Part shown: piece after piece, positions 15,281 through 27,216 of the stretch
How the letters are laid out: the number at the start of each line of letters is the position of its first letter
Numbering within the stretch: position 1 is the first letter of the stretch
Source of the DNA: the human T2T-CHM13v2.0 reference genome, Homo sapiens
NCBI RefSeq assembly: GCF_009914755.1
Contig: NC_060929.1
Direction: 5' to 3' (one strand)
Length of the DNA stretch: 64,000 nt
Position numbers and translations under genes: made by a program
The notes under the pieces: generated by a model
What the model was told of the DNA's origin: nothing
The model's input: the letters and a program-made list of their open reading frames with translations, nothing else
Database searches by the model: none

Positions 15281-15860
15281 TTTCTTTATTTTTTTAATGC
15301 AAAAATAATTTTATTATTCATTGTTTCCATTTTGCACACTGCTTGGGAAAGGGATCCAGGATGAAATGACCCATGGGGTCCAGAGGCTCCTTGTGCTGGA
15401 GAATGAGTCTTTCAAAGAGGTATTCACCCAGCCTGCTTGTGGAGGAGGTTAGCCAAGTGGTCATCCAAAAGTGGCCCACACCCTCCAGGGTGACATCTTT
15501 CCAGTGGAAATAGAAGTCCAGAGAAAGGTGTAAGAAACCCGCGATGCTGGGGACCTGGTGGTTAACAGTAGTGACCTACACTCTGAGTCAGAGTAATGTG
15601 TTGCTTGTGGTGCTCATGGTTGGTTGGTAACAAGGAACTGATACACATACACACACACCCCATAACCCCATGAATACAACAGCAACACAAAGTAAAAGGC
15701 ATTAACTGATCCTGGAAGCTAGGCCTTAGATGAGAAGATGGTCCTGGAGGTTGCTACTGGAGAGGAGATTGGAGCGTGGTTAGAGATGAAGGGTCAGAGT
15801 CCCCAGAGTCTGTGGCATGCAAATACTGTTGAAACAAACAGTGGATCCACTGGACCAGTG
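15281..15860 (-). pseudogene. Processed pseudogene of ferritin light chain (FTL), ancient and internally deleted
   Basis: Minus strand, in order: FTL-like 5'UTR; 'ccaaccaaccATGagc' (ATG at 15617); 15527-15468 translates LSLDFYFHWKDVTLEGVGHF (FTL [20 protein letters not shown]) with no intron at the exon 1/2 junction; 15431-15393 translates LGEYLFERLILQH (FTL LGEYLFERLTLKH); AATAAA at 15315-15310; poly(A) remnant at 15295-15281. Confidence 0.93.
15814..15840 (-). promoter_or_regulatory. Degenerate iron-responsive element (IRE) of the FTL retrocopy
   Basis: Minus strand TGTTTGTTTCAACAGTATTTGCATGCC compared with the FTL IRE TCTTGCTTCAACAGTGTTTGGACGGA. The loop CAGTGN has become CAGTAT and the bulged C has become T. 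Confidence 0.8.
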
Positions 15861-17359
15861 CATGTCTTGTGCCTTTGCACACTTTTTTACATGCACGTAA
15901 CCAAGGATGGCTTCAAGATCATGGCCCAATTATTAATCGAGAAAAAGGGATACATAAAGTAAGAGCATGATGGTGCTTATCCTAGTGGAGACTTCTCCCT
16001 TGGTTGCCATAGTCATTGACTAAGCACTTCGTGGGAATAAATGTTCCAATAGCAGAGACTTCCACCATTAGCAGAACCATCAGCTCATATTTATTTCACT
16101 GCATATTTCACTCGATTACTTGAAAAGACATATTTTTAGAGATAAACTACACTGGGACAGATCTCATAACACCGTAGTTTTTTTTGCTAATTCACATATA
16201 TTATTTCTGGCCTTTCCAGATATAAAATAGAATAATTATGGCAAGGATAATTGCCACAACTTTAAAGAAAAGGAAACCCGAATTTAAGAGGGATTAAATA
16301 ATTTGCTTGAGGCTACATAATAAGGGGAACCCAAACCCAAAAGGGACACAAACCCAAATGTTTCCAGTTCTGAGCCCATCATTTTTTCTAAAACATTACA
16401 ATAAATCCTAAATATATTTTGATTAAAAATTATAAATGTATATTTTGACAAAATGTGGTCCATCAGAACAGTGAAAGAATGCTGTGCACAGTAGGCAAAT
16501 ACGTTAATTTTTTCCAAATCTGTATTGATACATCAGTCAAATGCATGTAGGAGACAAAGCAGCCTATAATGTTTAACACAGCCAGTGTGGAAAGACTACC
16601 TAAAAATGCTGGGAAATTTATTATTTTACTAGGAAACATACTCTTCACCTCCATTTGTCTTTGGAGACATAGCACAAGAAATTTGCCTGAGGAGCAATTT
16701 TGTGAAGCAAAAGATGCAGACAAATTTTAAGGAAGTCACAAGAGGCTAGGGAAGAAAAATGCCCAAGGAAATGTCAATAAAACAAATGTATTTAATCTCT
16801 GAATGGTTATTTAAATGGAACTTTTCTTCTACTTTGAAGCTTAATAACAGTTTATTGTTTTAAAAAAATCTATCTTGATTATGCATAATGACAGGGTATA
16901 TATCTTTGTTCAATTTCCCTCACTAGGCTCTGGAGGTTAAATCACCCCCATATTCTTTACAATAGTATTTCTTGGTTCAATTCCCCTTTCCCCACAAACA
17001 GGGACATTCATAGTGCCATGTGTGTAAGAGGTACCCATGAAATATGTGCTACTGATCTGAAGTCTGACTTAGCTTTATTATCCTGGCAGCAACTGTATAT
17101 GCCATGAAATGGACAGAGAGGAGAAGTAGCAAACAAACTCCCAGATAATAAAAGACTTCATAATTAGGCACTGAATAGTTGAGAAATATTTGAAATTAAA
17201 TATAGTTGCCTACAAATATTAAGCTAATTAGTCATGTATTTTTATAACATCCACAATTGTTAACCACAGGCTGAAACAAGTGCTCTATGTTATCATCTTT
17301 TCATTTTAAGAAGATTAATCTTTCCTTTTTCTTCCTTTTTTTTTTCTTCAGCACAATAA

Positions 17360-17670
17360 AGTCTTCATATAAGATGGGGGTAATAATAGAACCTACTTTT
17401 TGGTGTAATTTTGAAAATCAAGTGAGATGATCCACTTAAAGTGCGTACCATGTTGACAGCAATGTCAGCGTATTTTGTGGTAGGTTGTTCATATTGGATC
17501 CTTATCTTTACCAGGCACTGGCCTAAGTGCCTTACCTAAATTATCTCTTTTTATCTTGACCCGCTTATTTTGGATAGGGTTCATGGTCACAGAGCTAATT
17601 AATGTTAATGACAATATTTGATCCTATGTTGTCTCATTTTAGTTTCTTAATTCTTAATACCATAGTGCTT
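17360..17670. mobile_element. Two MIR fragments in opposite orientation
   Basis: 'gatgggggtaataatagaacctac...aagtgagatgatccacttaaagtgc' (+) and 'ccaggcactggcctaagtgccttac...ggtcacagagctaat' (-). Confidence 0.5.
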
Positions 17671-17861
17671 CTCAGTTTGGATATCTGTGACTTGTTCTAC
17701 TTTCTCTTTGTAAGCAGCAAGCTCAGCTCTGCTGTGTTTTATAACAGTGTTTTATAACATGATTTTCAGATGTAGAAAACACTTAGATCCTTCGAGTTAC
17801 TTGAGTGAAGTCCTTCAGCAATAAATCATCAATGCAAATATCTCACATTAATGTTAAAATT

Positions 17862-20195
17862 TGATATGGTTTGGCTCTGCATCCCCACCCAAATCTCACC
17901 TTAAATTGTAATCCCCATGTGTCAAGGGAGGGACCTGGTGGGAGGTGATTTGATCATGGGGGTGATTTCCCCCATGCTGTTCTTGTAATAGTGAGTGAGT
18001 TCTCATGACAGCTGATGGTTTAAACATGTTTGGCAATACCCCCTCTCCCTTTTGCCACCTTGTGAAGAAGGTGCTTGCTTCCCCTTTGCGTTCTGCCATG
18101 ACTGTGAGTTTCCAGAGGTCTCCCCAGCCATGTGGAACTGTGAGTCAGTTAAACCTCTTTCCTTTATAAATTTCCTAGTCTCAAGTAGATCTTTATAGCA
18201 GTGTGAAAATGGACTAGTACAGAAAATTTATGCTGGGAGTTTGGGGCACTGCTAAGAAAATATCTGAAAATGTAGAAGTGACTTTAGAACTGGGTAACGG
18301 GTAGAGATTGGAACAGTTTGAAGGACTCAGAAGAAGACAGAAAAATGTGGGAAAGTTTGGAACTTCCTAGAGACTTGTTGAATGGTTTTGACCAAAATGC
18401 TGATAGTGATATGAACAATAAAGTCTAGACTGAGGTGGTCTCAGATGGAGATGAGGAACTTACTGGGAACTGGAGCGAATGTCACTCTTGATATACTTTA
18501 GCAAAGAGACTGGCAGCATTTTGCCCCTGCTCTAGAGATCTGTGGAACTTTGAACATGAGAGAGATGATTTAGGGTATCTGGCAGAAGAAATTTCTAAGC
18601 ATTGCATTCAAGGTGTGACCTGGTTGTTTCTAAAAGCATATGGTCACATGCATTTACAAAGATGATCTGAAATTGGAACTTATATCTAGAAGGGAAGTGG
18701 AGCATAAAAGTTTGGAAAATTTGCAGCAGACCATGTGGTATAACATAAAAACCCATTTTCTGGGGAGAAATTCAATCTGGCTGCAGAAATTTGCATAAGT
18801 AATGAGGAGCTGAATGGAAACCACCAAGACAATGGGGAATATGTCTCCAGGACATTTCAGAGACCTTCAGATAGCCCCTCTCATAACAGGCTTGGGGGTC
18901 TAGGAGGGAAAAATGGTTTCCTGGGCCAGGGACAGGCCCAGGGCCCTGCTGCTCTTTGCAGCTTCGGGACATTGTGCCCTGTACCCCAGCCACTCCACCT
19001 CTTGGCCATGACTAAAAGGGGCCAAGGTATAGCTTGGGCTGTTGCTTCAGAGGGTGCAAGCCCCAAGCCTTGGTGGCTTTCATATGGTGTTGTGCCTGTG
19101 GGTGTGCAGAAGACAAGAGTTGAGCTTTGGGAACCTCTGCCTCAATTTCAGAGGATGTATGGAAACACCTGGATGTCCAGGCAGAAGTCTGCTGCATGGG
19201 AGGAGCCTACATGGAGAACCTCTACTATGGCAAGGCATAGGGGAAATGTGGGGTTGGAGTCCCCACACAGAGTCCCCACTGGGGCACTACCTAGTGGAGC
19301 TGTGAAAAGAGGACCACTGTCCTCCAGACCCTTGAAATGCAGATCCACTGACAGCTTGCATTGTGCACCTGGAAATGCAGGCACTCAAGGCCAGCCCATG
19401 AAAGCAGCTGCAGGGGCTGCACCCTGCAGAGCCACAGGAGTGGAGCTGCCCAACTCCTTGAAAGACCACCCTTTCCTTGTATCATCATGCCTTGGATGTG
19501 AGACATGGAGTCAAGGGAGATCATTTCAGAGCTTTAATATTTAATGACTGCCCCACTGGGTTTTGGACTTGCGTGGGGCCTATGGCCCCTTTTATTGGTC
19601 TATTTCTCCCATTTGTAATGGGAGAACTTACCTAATTCTTGTACTTTTATTGTATCTTGGAAGTAACTTACTTGCTTTTGATTTTATGTGCTCATAGGTG
19701 GAAAGGGACTTGCCTTGTCTCAGGCGAGACTTTGGACTTATACTTTTGGGTTAATGCTGGAATGAGTTTAGACTTTGGGGGACTGTTGGAAAGCATGATT
19801 GTATTCTGAAATGTGAGAAAGACATGAGATTTGGGAGGAACCAGAGATGGAAATGATATGGTTTGGCTCTGTGTCCCCACCTAAATGTCATCTCTAATTG
19901 TAATCCTCATGTGTTGAGGGAAGGTCCTGGTGGGTGGTGATTAGATCATAGGGGCGGTTTCCCCTATGCTGTTCTCATGATAATGAGTGAGTTCTCAAGA
20001 TCTGATGGTTTAAAAGTGTTTGGCAGATCCCCACCACCACCACCACCTCTTCTGCTGCCTTGTAAAGAAGGTACTTGCTTGCCTTTTACCTTCCACCATG
20101 ATTGTAAGTTTCCTGAGGCCTCCCCAGCCTTTTTTCTTTATAAATTACCCAGTCTCAAGTAGCTCTTTATAGCAGTGTGAAAATGGACAAATACA
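17862..20195 (+). mobile_element. Full-length THE1D-like MaLR element: 5' LTR 17862-18221, internal 18222-19853, 3' LTR 19854-20195
   Basis: Both LTRs start 'tgatatggtttggctctg' and end 'gtgtgaaaatggac..ataca/agtaca'. The internal region is typical THE1-int. Perfect 5-bp TSD AAATT at 17857-17861 and 20196-20200. Confidence 0.96.
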
Positions 20196-21050
20196 AAATT
20201 CATTAAAATACCTCCAAATTTAATATGGAATTATGTTTACATTTAAGTTATCAATATCAAAAGCTCTATCAGTTGTCAATAAATATAACTGGGAATGTCC
20301 TAGAAGTAAATGGTTACCCTTTTTCCTTCATTGCTGCAACAAGAAACATTGTTCTGGTGGAACATTTCACAAAATTATGAATGTTTTGAAAGAAAGAAAT
20401 ATGAAATCCCTTGGATTTTACTAATATACACAGTTCTCATAATATACAACTTATTTACCATGCTGGAGAAATAGCAACCATAAAAACAGCTGCAATTAAA
20501 ATGTTACTAAAGCTTTTGTACAAATGGTAGATTATTAAAAACAAAATGTTATACCGATAATTTAAGGGACAATATTGAGTTTCTGTATTTTTCCCTTTAA
20601 AGGCTGTAGGTTTATGCTTGACTAATCCTTTTGACAGTATCCCTGGCAATAATATTTTTTGAAGTAGTTGGTGTTCAATATTTGTAATTTCATGTTTCCC
20701 AACAGTCTGTTTTTCCTTGTTTATTTAAATAAAAAACTGTAAAACAGCCACGGGAAAATCGAAGAAATATAAAATCTATCACAGTTTAAGTAATGTGTCT
20801 GTGTCAAAGTAAAGAGTTATGTCTGAGGACACAACTGTCTCATTCAGAGGACTACTGTAATTTAAAGAGAATATTTTATTCTACTGAAAGTCATATGGAT
20901 TATATAAATCCTGCATCCTGCACCTAGCACCGAATCCCAGCTGTTAACATAATATTTAGCTGCTAGTCTAACGCTATTAACACCTAGGAGGATCTCAAAA
21001 AATATTTATTGAATGTATAAATTCTGGCTACTTAACAGAAACACTGTAGA

Positions 21051-21112
21051 TGTGTGTGTGTGTGAGAGAGAGAGAAAGTGTGTGTGTGTGTGTGTAAGTG
21101 TATGTGTATGTG
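21051..21112. repeat. Compound (TG)n(AG)n(TG)n microsatellite
   Basis: Directly visible. Confidence 0.95.
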
Positions 21113-21704
21113 CGGTTTTTAGATGGGAAAGACTAATTTATACACCATCAAATGAAAAAAGAAGGTTTTTAAAAAAGGCTTCCGTGGCAAAGGCTTTGAA
21201 AGTAAAAGGTTATAAGCAGTTTAGAATCCAAACATGAGTATAAAAGGTAAGTGTGAATGATAAGTTCATACAGTGTAACTGTCTTTTAATGTCCTCTATT
21301 TGGATACTTTATTTTGTAGACATTGTTGCCTTAAGATATTTGTTGAAGTATGAATTTTCTGGATAAAATTTAATGTAATTTTTAAAAAAAGTAACGATGC
21401 TCAATTACATTGTTTAAACAAGTTTGAACTAGGAAATATGTTATACAAGGATACATATTTTCTCTCAAGACTTCACATATCTGAGCATTTTGCAATTTCT
21501 ATAGAAAACATCATCTTGTATGAGGAGAGAGGGCATTTTAAACTGCATAGGCAATTCCATCTAGTTTTAAATAGGTTGTGTTTTAGAAGTTTATTTGAAA
21601 GTTAATTTTTTGGAAGTTATAACCTATTTTCTTGTGGAAGCAATGTGAGAAATAGGACTTGGATTCCCAGGATGCCAGATGGTGTCATGGCTTGTCCAAG
21701 CAAT

Positions 21705-21860
21705 TTAATGTAAAAGCTAGTGCTCTGGAGGAAGAAAGATCAGTATTCAAATTTCCAACTCTCTAAATATTAGTTTCCTTCACTATAAAATTGTGCTAAT
21801 TATAGCACACACTTCATTGCATCTATGTGGATTAAATGAGGTAATGTATTATTAAGTAAA
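21705..21860 (+). mobile_element. MIR fragment
   Basis: 'tagtttccttcactataaaattgtgctaattatagcacac...gtggattaaatgaggtaatgta'. Confidence 0.55.
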
Positions 21861-22739
21861 CTGCAATATTACTCAATTTTTTCAAGGAAGCCATTGTTAG
21901 CTATGATTGTCACAAATCCTGTTAAAATCCACATTCCCATTCTATTTTTAATATCTTTATTGTATCCTTTCCCTTTGGGGACCCAGATATTGACAATGTT
22001 TAAAAATTATCCACAAAATTCTCTGCTGTGCCAGGTAAGACTTCATGCCTTTCCTTATGTTCTTTTCTCAGCTGGAAATGAATCCATCTACTTTTTGCAT
22101 TCAGGTCCCAGCTCAAATTGCTACTTCCTCAAAAGACATTTTTCCTATATGGAGAACCGTTAAGAAAAATTCAAATGTTGGAGAAGTGCTAAATGCTAAG
22201 CAGAAGTAGTTTTAGAGCTTAAAAAGGCCTTTAGATTTGTTGGTTTTGTCTGCTTTTAGGGGTGGGTGAAGCAGGTAGTCAGTGTAACAGTGGATCCTGG
22301 ATTAGTAAAGCATCTAACACAGAAGAATGAAGTTACATGGAAATCCAGCTGAAGCTATGTGATGCATAGAACTAAGCCATATATGGGCAGACACATGCCC
22401 AATTGTTATAATCATGCCATCTAGTACAGGGCTAGCTGTTCATTAACTGACTTGGTTACTTGTTTAAACAGGAGAGATGGAAGGATGAAGGGAGAAAATG
22501 GAAAATTAAGTTGTATGGAAATCCAAAAGTCTGTATTAAACTATACTCACTGAAATAAAATGTCACCAAAGGTAATGATTCTACATAAAGTAAAACCACC
22601 TGCTTGGTGCCTCTGTTTTATTCTCTGACCTGTGTTCATCTTTTACCTGTTTGTTTTCGACCTAAACAGATACACGTGTGTAAGACAGACTGAAGAAATA
22701 AAACAAGATGCAGAATTTATGCAGTCTCAGAATAAGGCA

Positions 22740-22860
22740 TATAAATATAAATAATATTTAATAGTTATTTTATGTTATATATTATATTAATAGCATATTA
22801 TAAATTAATACATTATAATATTAATATATTAATAATATAATATAGGAATCATATAATGAT
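22740..22860. repeat. AT-rich low-complexity tract
   Basis: Almost pure A/T 'ataaatataaataatatttaatag...aataatataata'. Confidence 0.85.
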
Positions 22861-23099
22861 GTAAAAATGGGGAACTATCAATAAATATTAAAAAGTTGGC
22901 TGAAGTGCATTAGAGACAATTTAAAACAAAACAAGTTATTAAAGAAAGATACTGTGGAAAGTGAGCTGTACTGGCAAGATTGCTGAATTTTTCAAATTTC
23001 TTATTTCTGTTTACCCTATATTTGCATGAGTATATACTAGGTATACCTGTTCCATGCATATTTTCTTGACTTTTCAGTTATTCTCATTTTTCATTAATA

Positions 23100-23420
23100 G
23101 TTTTGTTGTTTTTGTTAAAATAATACATACTTTTAACAGTTAAAAGCATAGCAAAAATTACTCCTAATACCACTCCTCAAAGCTAACTACTCAATAGTTG
23201 GAAAGTTTTCTTCTCATTCTCTCTCTCTCTCTCTCTTACATCGTATCCTTACATACTGCTTTTAATTTGCTTCCTTTCACTCAAAATCTGTTTCAGTATT
23301 TATAAGTCATTATAGACATCGTTATCGTCATGGCAACAAAGTATTCCACTGGGTATATGTAAGATAATTTACAGGACAAGTGGCCCATTTCTAAATTGGA
23401 AGGTTGCTTCCAATTTTTCT
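23100..23420 (-). mobile_element. Old L1ME 3' fragment containing a (CT)n run
   Basis: 'agtattccactgggtatatgtaagataattta...aggttgcttccaattttt', with (CT)n near 23215-23236. Confidence 0.5.
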
Positions 23421-23738
23421 TCAGTATACATTTATTATTCTTTTAAAAACAAGTGCTTTACTTATGCCAGAGATAAGCCCAGCTTAACAGTAATGGAAGA
23501 TTAAGTAGTCACCCAATTTTTCTAAACTAGAAAGACTAAGCTTCTGAAAGGTATTTATGTTCAGTGGTACTAATGATTAAAAACAAATTAATAAACTAAA
23601 TTCAAGCCTAGAAACCTCTAAGCTTTCTAATTCGGGTAGAAAAAGCAGAGGGATTTATAGTTTAATCAAGAAAATAATGAGGAAATGGAGGGATAATCAC
23701 TTAGACCTAGAATCATTCATCTATCTAACTTGTGAAAA

Positions 23739-23772
23739 TGTGTGTGTGCATGTGTTTGTGTGTGTGTGTGTA
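23739..23772. repeat. (TG)n microsatellite
   Basis: Directly visible. Confidence 0.9.
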
Positions 23773-24092
23773 TTCAGCTTTCTGGAAAGATGAAACAATA
23801 AAACATTATTTGAAAAGCTGAAGCAATGAACATAGAGCAAAGTACTGCCTGTATCTTTGAAAATCTGAAATGCTATTATGGAGAAAAATATTAGCATCTG
23901 GCTTGCCTGATGTATTAATGTATTAATAACAGTACTAAAATAAAAACTTAGAAACTCCATCATGGAAATTAGGTAACAACAAACTTGTTTAAATGAGACA
24001 TTAATGCAGATACTTCAAGGAGGACTAACTAATGCATGTGTTTTAAGACATTTTAAAGATAAGGGTTTGCTTTCATAAAACTATATTTTCTT

Positions 24093-24421
24093 GGCCAGGC
24101 GAGGTGGCTCACGCCTGCAATCCCAGCACTTTGGGAGGCGGAGGTGGGCAGATCATCTGAGGTCAGGAGTTTGAGACCAGCCTGGCCAACATGGCAAAAC
24201 GCTGTCTCTACTAAAAAATGCAAAAATTAGCCGGGCATGGTGATGCACACCTGTAACTCCAGCTACTCAGGAGGCAGAGGTAGGAGAATCACTTGAACTC
24301 AGGAGGTAGGGGTTGCAGTGAGCCGAGATCGTGCCACTGTACTCCAGGCTGAACGACAGAGCAAGACCCTGTCTCAAACAAACAAACAAACAAACAACCA
24401 AACAAACAGAAAAACAAACAA
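24093..24421 (+). mobile_element. AluS (Sx/Sz-like) with (CAAA)n tail
   Basis: Full dimer. TSD AAAACTATATTTTCT at 24077-24091 and 24422-24436. Confidence 0.97.
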
Positions 24422-25025
24422 AAAACTATATTTTCTCAAGTATATGCTCTATTGAATTGTTATTCAGAAATATTTTTTAGTCCAAGAAGATTGTCTAAAC
24501 GCTGTCAGTGTAGCAGTGTAGTTGGGTATGAATATTTGCAGGTAATATTCTGCAAATATCTAGAATGCCAGATATCAAATCTAATTGATGTGACTCAGTT
24601 TGATTCATTCTCAAAATATTCTGATTCACTTAAATAAGAAAGAGGAAAACAAAAGAGCAAACAAAAGATGAAAATCAAATCTTGACAAGAACTACAATAA
24701 CAAGTACAGTCAGAGCAATTTTTCCTGGTCTTAAAATGAGAAGGCAATGGTAAGCCACATTTATTTTTTGCTCTAATTTGCAATTCCTCATTTAAGAAAT
24801 AATTTCACATTTCATTTCAAACCATCATTATAAATATTCATATCTCTTGTGTGGCAATTTGGAATAGAGTAGGGTGGTGGGGGTGAAATAAAAGCTTTAA
24901 CTCAATATTAAAAATCATGTTTTTTATCACAAGGCTTTTCAATTTCAAAACACTAGGTGAACATCTTTATTTACCCTTATAACTTTCATAGCTCAATGCA
25001 TGTAGTTATAGAATAAGAAAACTCC

Positions 25026-25330
25026 AGCCAGGCGCAGTGGCTCATGCCTGTAATCCCAGCACTTTGGGAGGCTGAGGTGGGCGGATCACTTGGGGTCAGG
25101 GGTTCGAGACCAGCCTGGCCAAAATGGTGAAACCACATCTGTACTAAAAACACAAAAATTAGCTGGACGTGGTGGCACATGCCTGTAATCCTAGCTACTC
25201 GGGAGCGTGAGGCAGAATTGCTTGAACCTGGGAAGTAGAGGTTTCAGTGAACCGAGATCACACCACTGCACTCCAGCCTGGGCAACAAAGTGAGACTCCG
25301 TCTCAAAAAAAAAAAAAAAAAAAAAAAAAA
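25026..25330 (+). mobile_element. AluS (Sx/Sz-like)
   Basis: Full dimer with a long A tail. TSD AGAATAAGAAAA(C/T)TCC at 25010-25025 and 25331-25346. Confidence 0.97.
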
Positions 25331-25894
25331 AGAATAAGAAAATTCCTTTGGGAAGAGGAGGGTCAGATACACACTAGCAGACTTAATTAAAACTCATATT
25401 GTCTTATTTTCCATTTTTCTAGCCCACCAAATTATATTGACAATGCTTACTTTTCCTAGAAAGGAATTTTACATTTTTGGTAAATGTCAGTTTTGTACGT
25501 TTCCTTAAGGGGTAACTATTACTAAAGGCTATTTTACACACACATATGCGTGCACACACACACACACGGGATTCTCAGAAGATAGTAGTTTATGGCTATA
25601 TTCCAACTCTTCCATTCTGCACATGGCTTTCCCAAGGGGACTGTTTACTTTATAATTATGCTGTTATGGGCAACTGCTTTAACCAGGTGCAGTGGAAATT
25701 TTTCTTCCTTTCATGATTGCTAAGCCAGCCACCCCCTCACACATGTGGCTGCACATGTTTCTGTGAACATCAATTTGATCGTACATCTTCAGATGTAGTT
25801 CTTGTCCTTCATGTCTTTTCACGCTTGATGATCTTTGGTTTGTTTCCTTTCTTCCTATGATTTCTAGTGCTATCTCTGTATGAACCAAAGGTGC

Positions 25895-26370
25895 CCAATT
25901 CAAATTGCCAACCATATCTCTGTCCTGAATACTCAGATACATGTATTAATATCCAAATGTCCCTTAATATCTTAACTTCCATCAGACAGCTCAAACTCAA
26001 CGTGTTAGAATTTTATATATTACACACATACAATATCTCCCCTCTCCTTTTGTTTTCACAATAACATGGCTCTTTTGCTATATCCTTATCTCAGCGAATG
26101 TCACCTTTATTTATGTAGTACCTAAAATTAATCTGAAAGCATAGCTCCATCTTCCTTGTCTCTTACAGCCAATTAATTCACCCTCCTTAACATCTTTGTG
26201 ATCTTTTTCTTTCCCTATATCATAAACGTACAACAGAACCTTGTAGAATTTTGCTTACTTTACTGCCATAACCTCCAAAATATTCATTTCCTTACAGCGC
26301 AGCTCTTTTCCAATTTATTTTCATACTCTACTCATCCACAGTGGTCTTTCTAACACACAAACCTTGGATT
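25895..26370 (+). mobile_element. L2 fragment
   Basis: 'cagctcaaactcaacgtgtt', 'tccttatctcagcgaatgtcacc' and 'cagtggtctttctaacacacaaacc'. Confidence 0.55.
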
Positions 26371-26483
26371 CTAAATTTAGCTAACATTCCTCTGATTCAG
26401 TAAGTTCCTTGAGTTTACCACATTTGATTCAACTTTGTATCTCTAATTTCTAGATGAATACAGGATACGAGGAAGACTTACTA

Positions 26484-26790
26484 ATTCATTCTCTTATTCA
26501 TTCATTCTCTTTCTATTGAACACCTTCTGTGATCCAGGAACCATGACCTATACGGGGTATCAGATGTAAATAACACAGATGAAGCCCCTGTTTTGTGAAA
26601 AGATCATGTGATATGACAGAAAGTAAACAGAAGTGGCTATTTTACATAGTTTTATCAGAGAAGGATCCTCTTTTGACAAAACATTGGGGTTGGACTCTTA
26701 AGGGTGGGAAGGATTCAGTCTTGAAAAACAAAAAGGAGACAGTGTATCTGGAGCATGGTGGGCTAGAAGGGAGGTTGCAGCAAGGTCAGA
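26484..26790 (-). mobile_element. L2 3' end fragment
   Basis: 'attcattcattctctttctattgaacaccttctgtgatccaggaacc...aataacacagatgaagcccctg'. Confidence 0.55.
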
Positions 26791-26913
26791 TTGCCCAGAT
26801 GGGAACAAGCTAGATGTCAGAGGCATTCAATACACCTTCATTCCCTTCCTGGCTGAATGAATATAAATAACCAGGTGGGGAGCTTCTTCATTTTTTGACT
26901 TGGTCAGCTAACA

Positions 26914-27216
26914 TAGCAGTCCTCAACCTTGTTGGCTCCAGGGACCAGTTTCATGGAAGACAGTTTTTCCACGGACGGGTTTCCGGGGTTTGGTTTTGAG
27001 GTGTAAATGTTCCACCCCAGATCATCAGGTATTAATTAGATAGATTCTCATAAGGAGAAACCTAGATTCCTCTCATGAGCAGTTCACAATAGGGTTTGTG
27101 CTTCTATGTCAATCTAATGCCTCATCTGATCTGACAGGAAATCTTTACCTCCTGCTGTGTGGCTCAGTTCCTAACAGGCCACTGACAGGTACCGGTCAGT
27201 GGGTTGAGGATATTTG
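26914..27216 (-). mobile_element. MER1B hAT-Charlie DNA transposon (non-autonomous)
   Basis: 'agggaccagtttcatggaagacagtttttccacggac', 'tagattctcataaggag' and 'cagttcacaatagggtt'. Perfect 8-bp TSD AGCTAACA at 26906-26913 and 27217-27224. Confidence 0.92.

Noticed and set aside
18772-19544. Dense overlapping ORFs, including a 190-aa one
   Set aside because: GC-richer THE1-internal sequence that commonly gives open frames. No recognisable domain.
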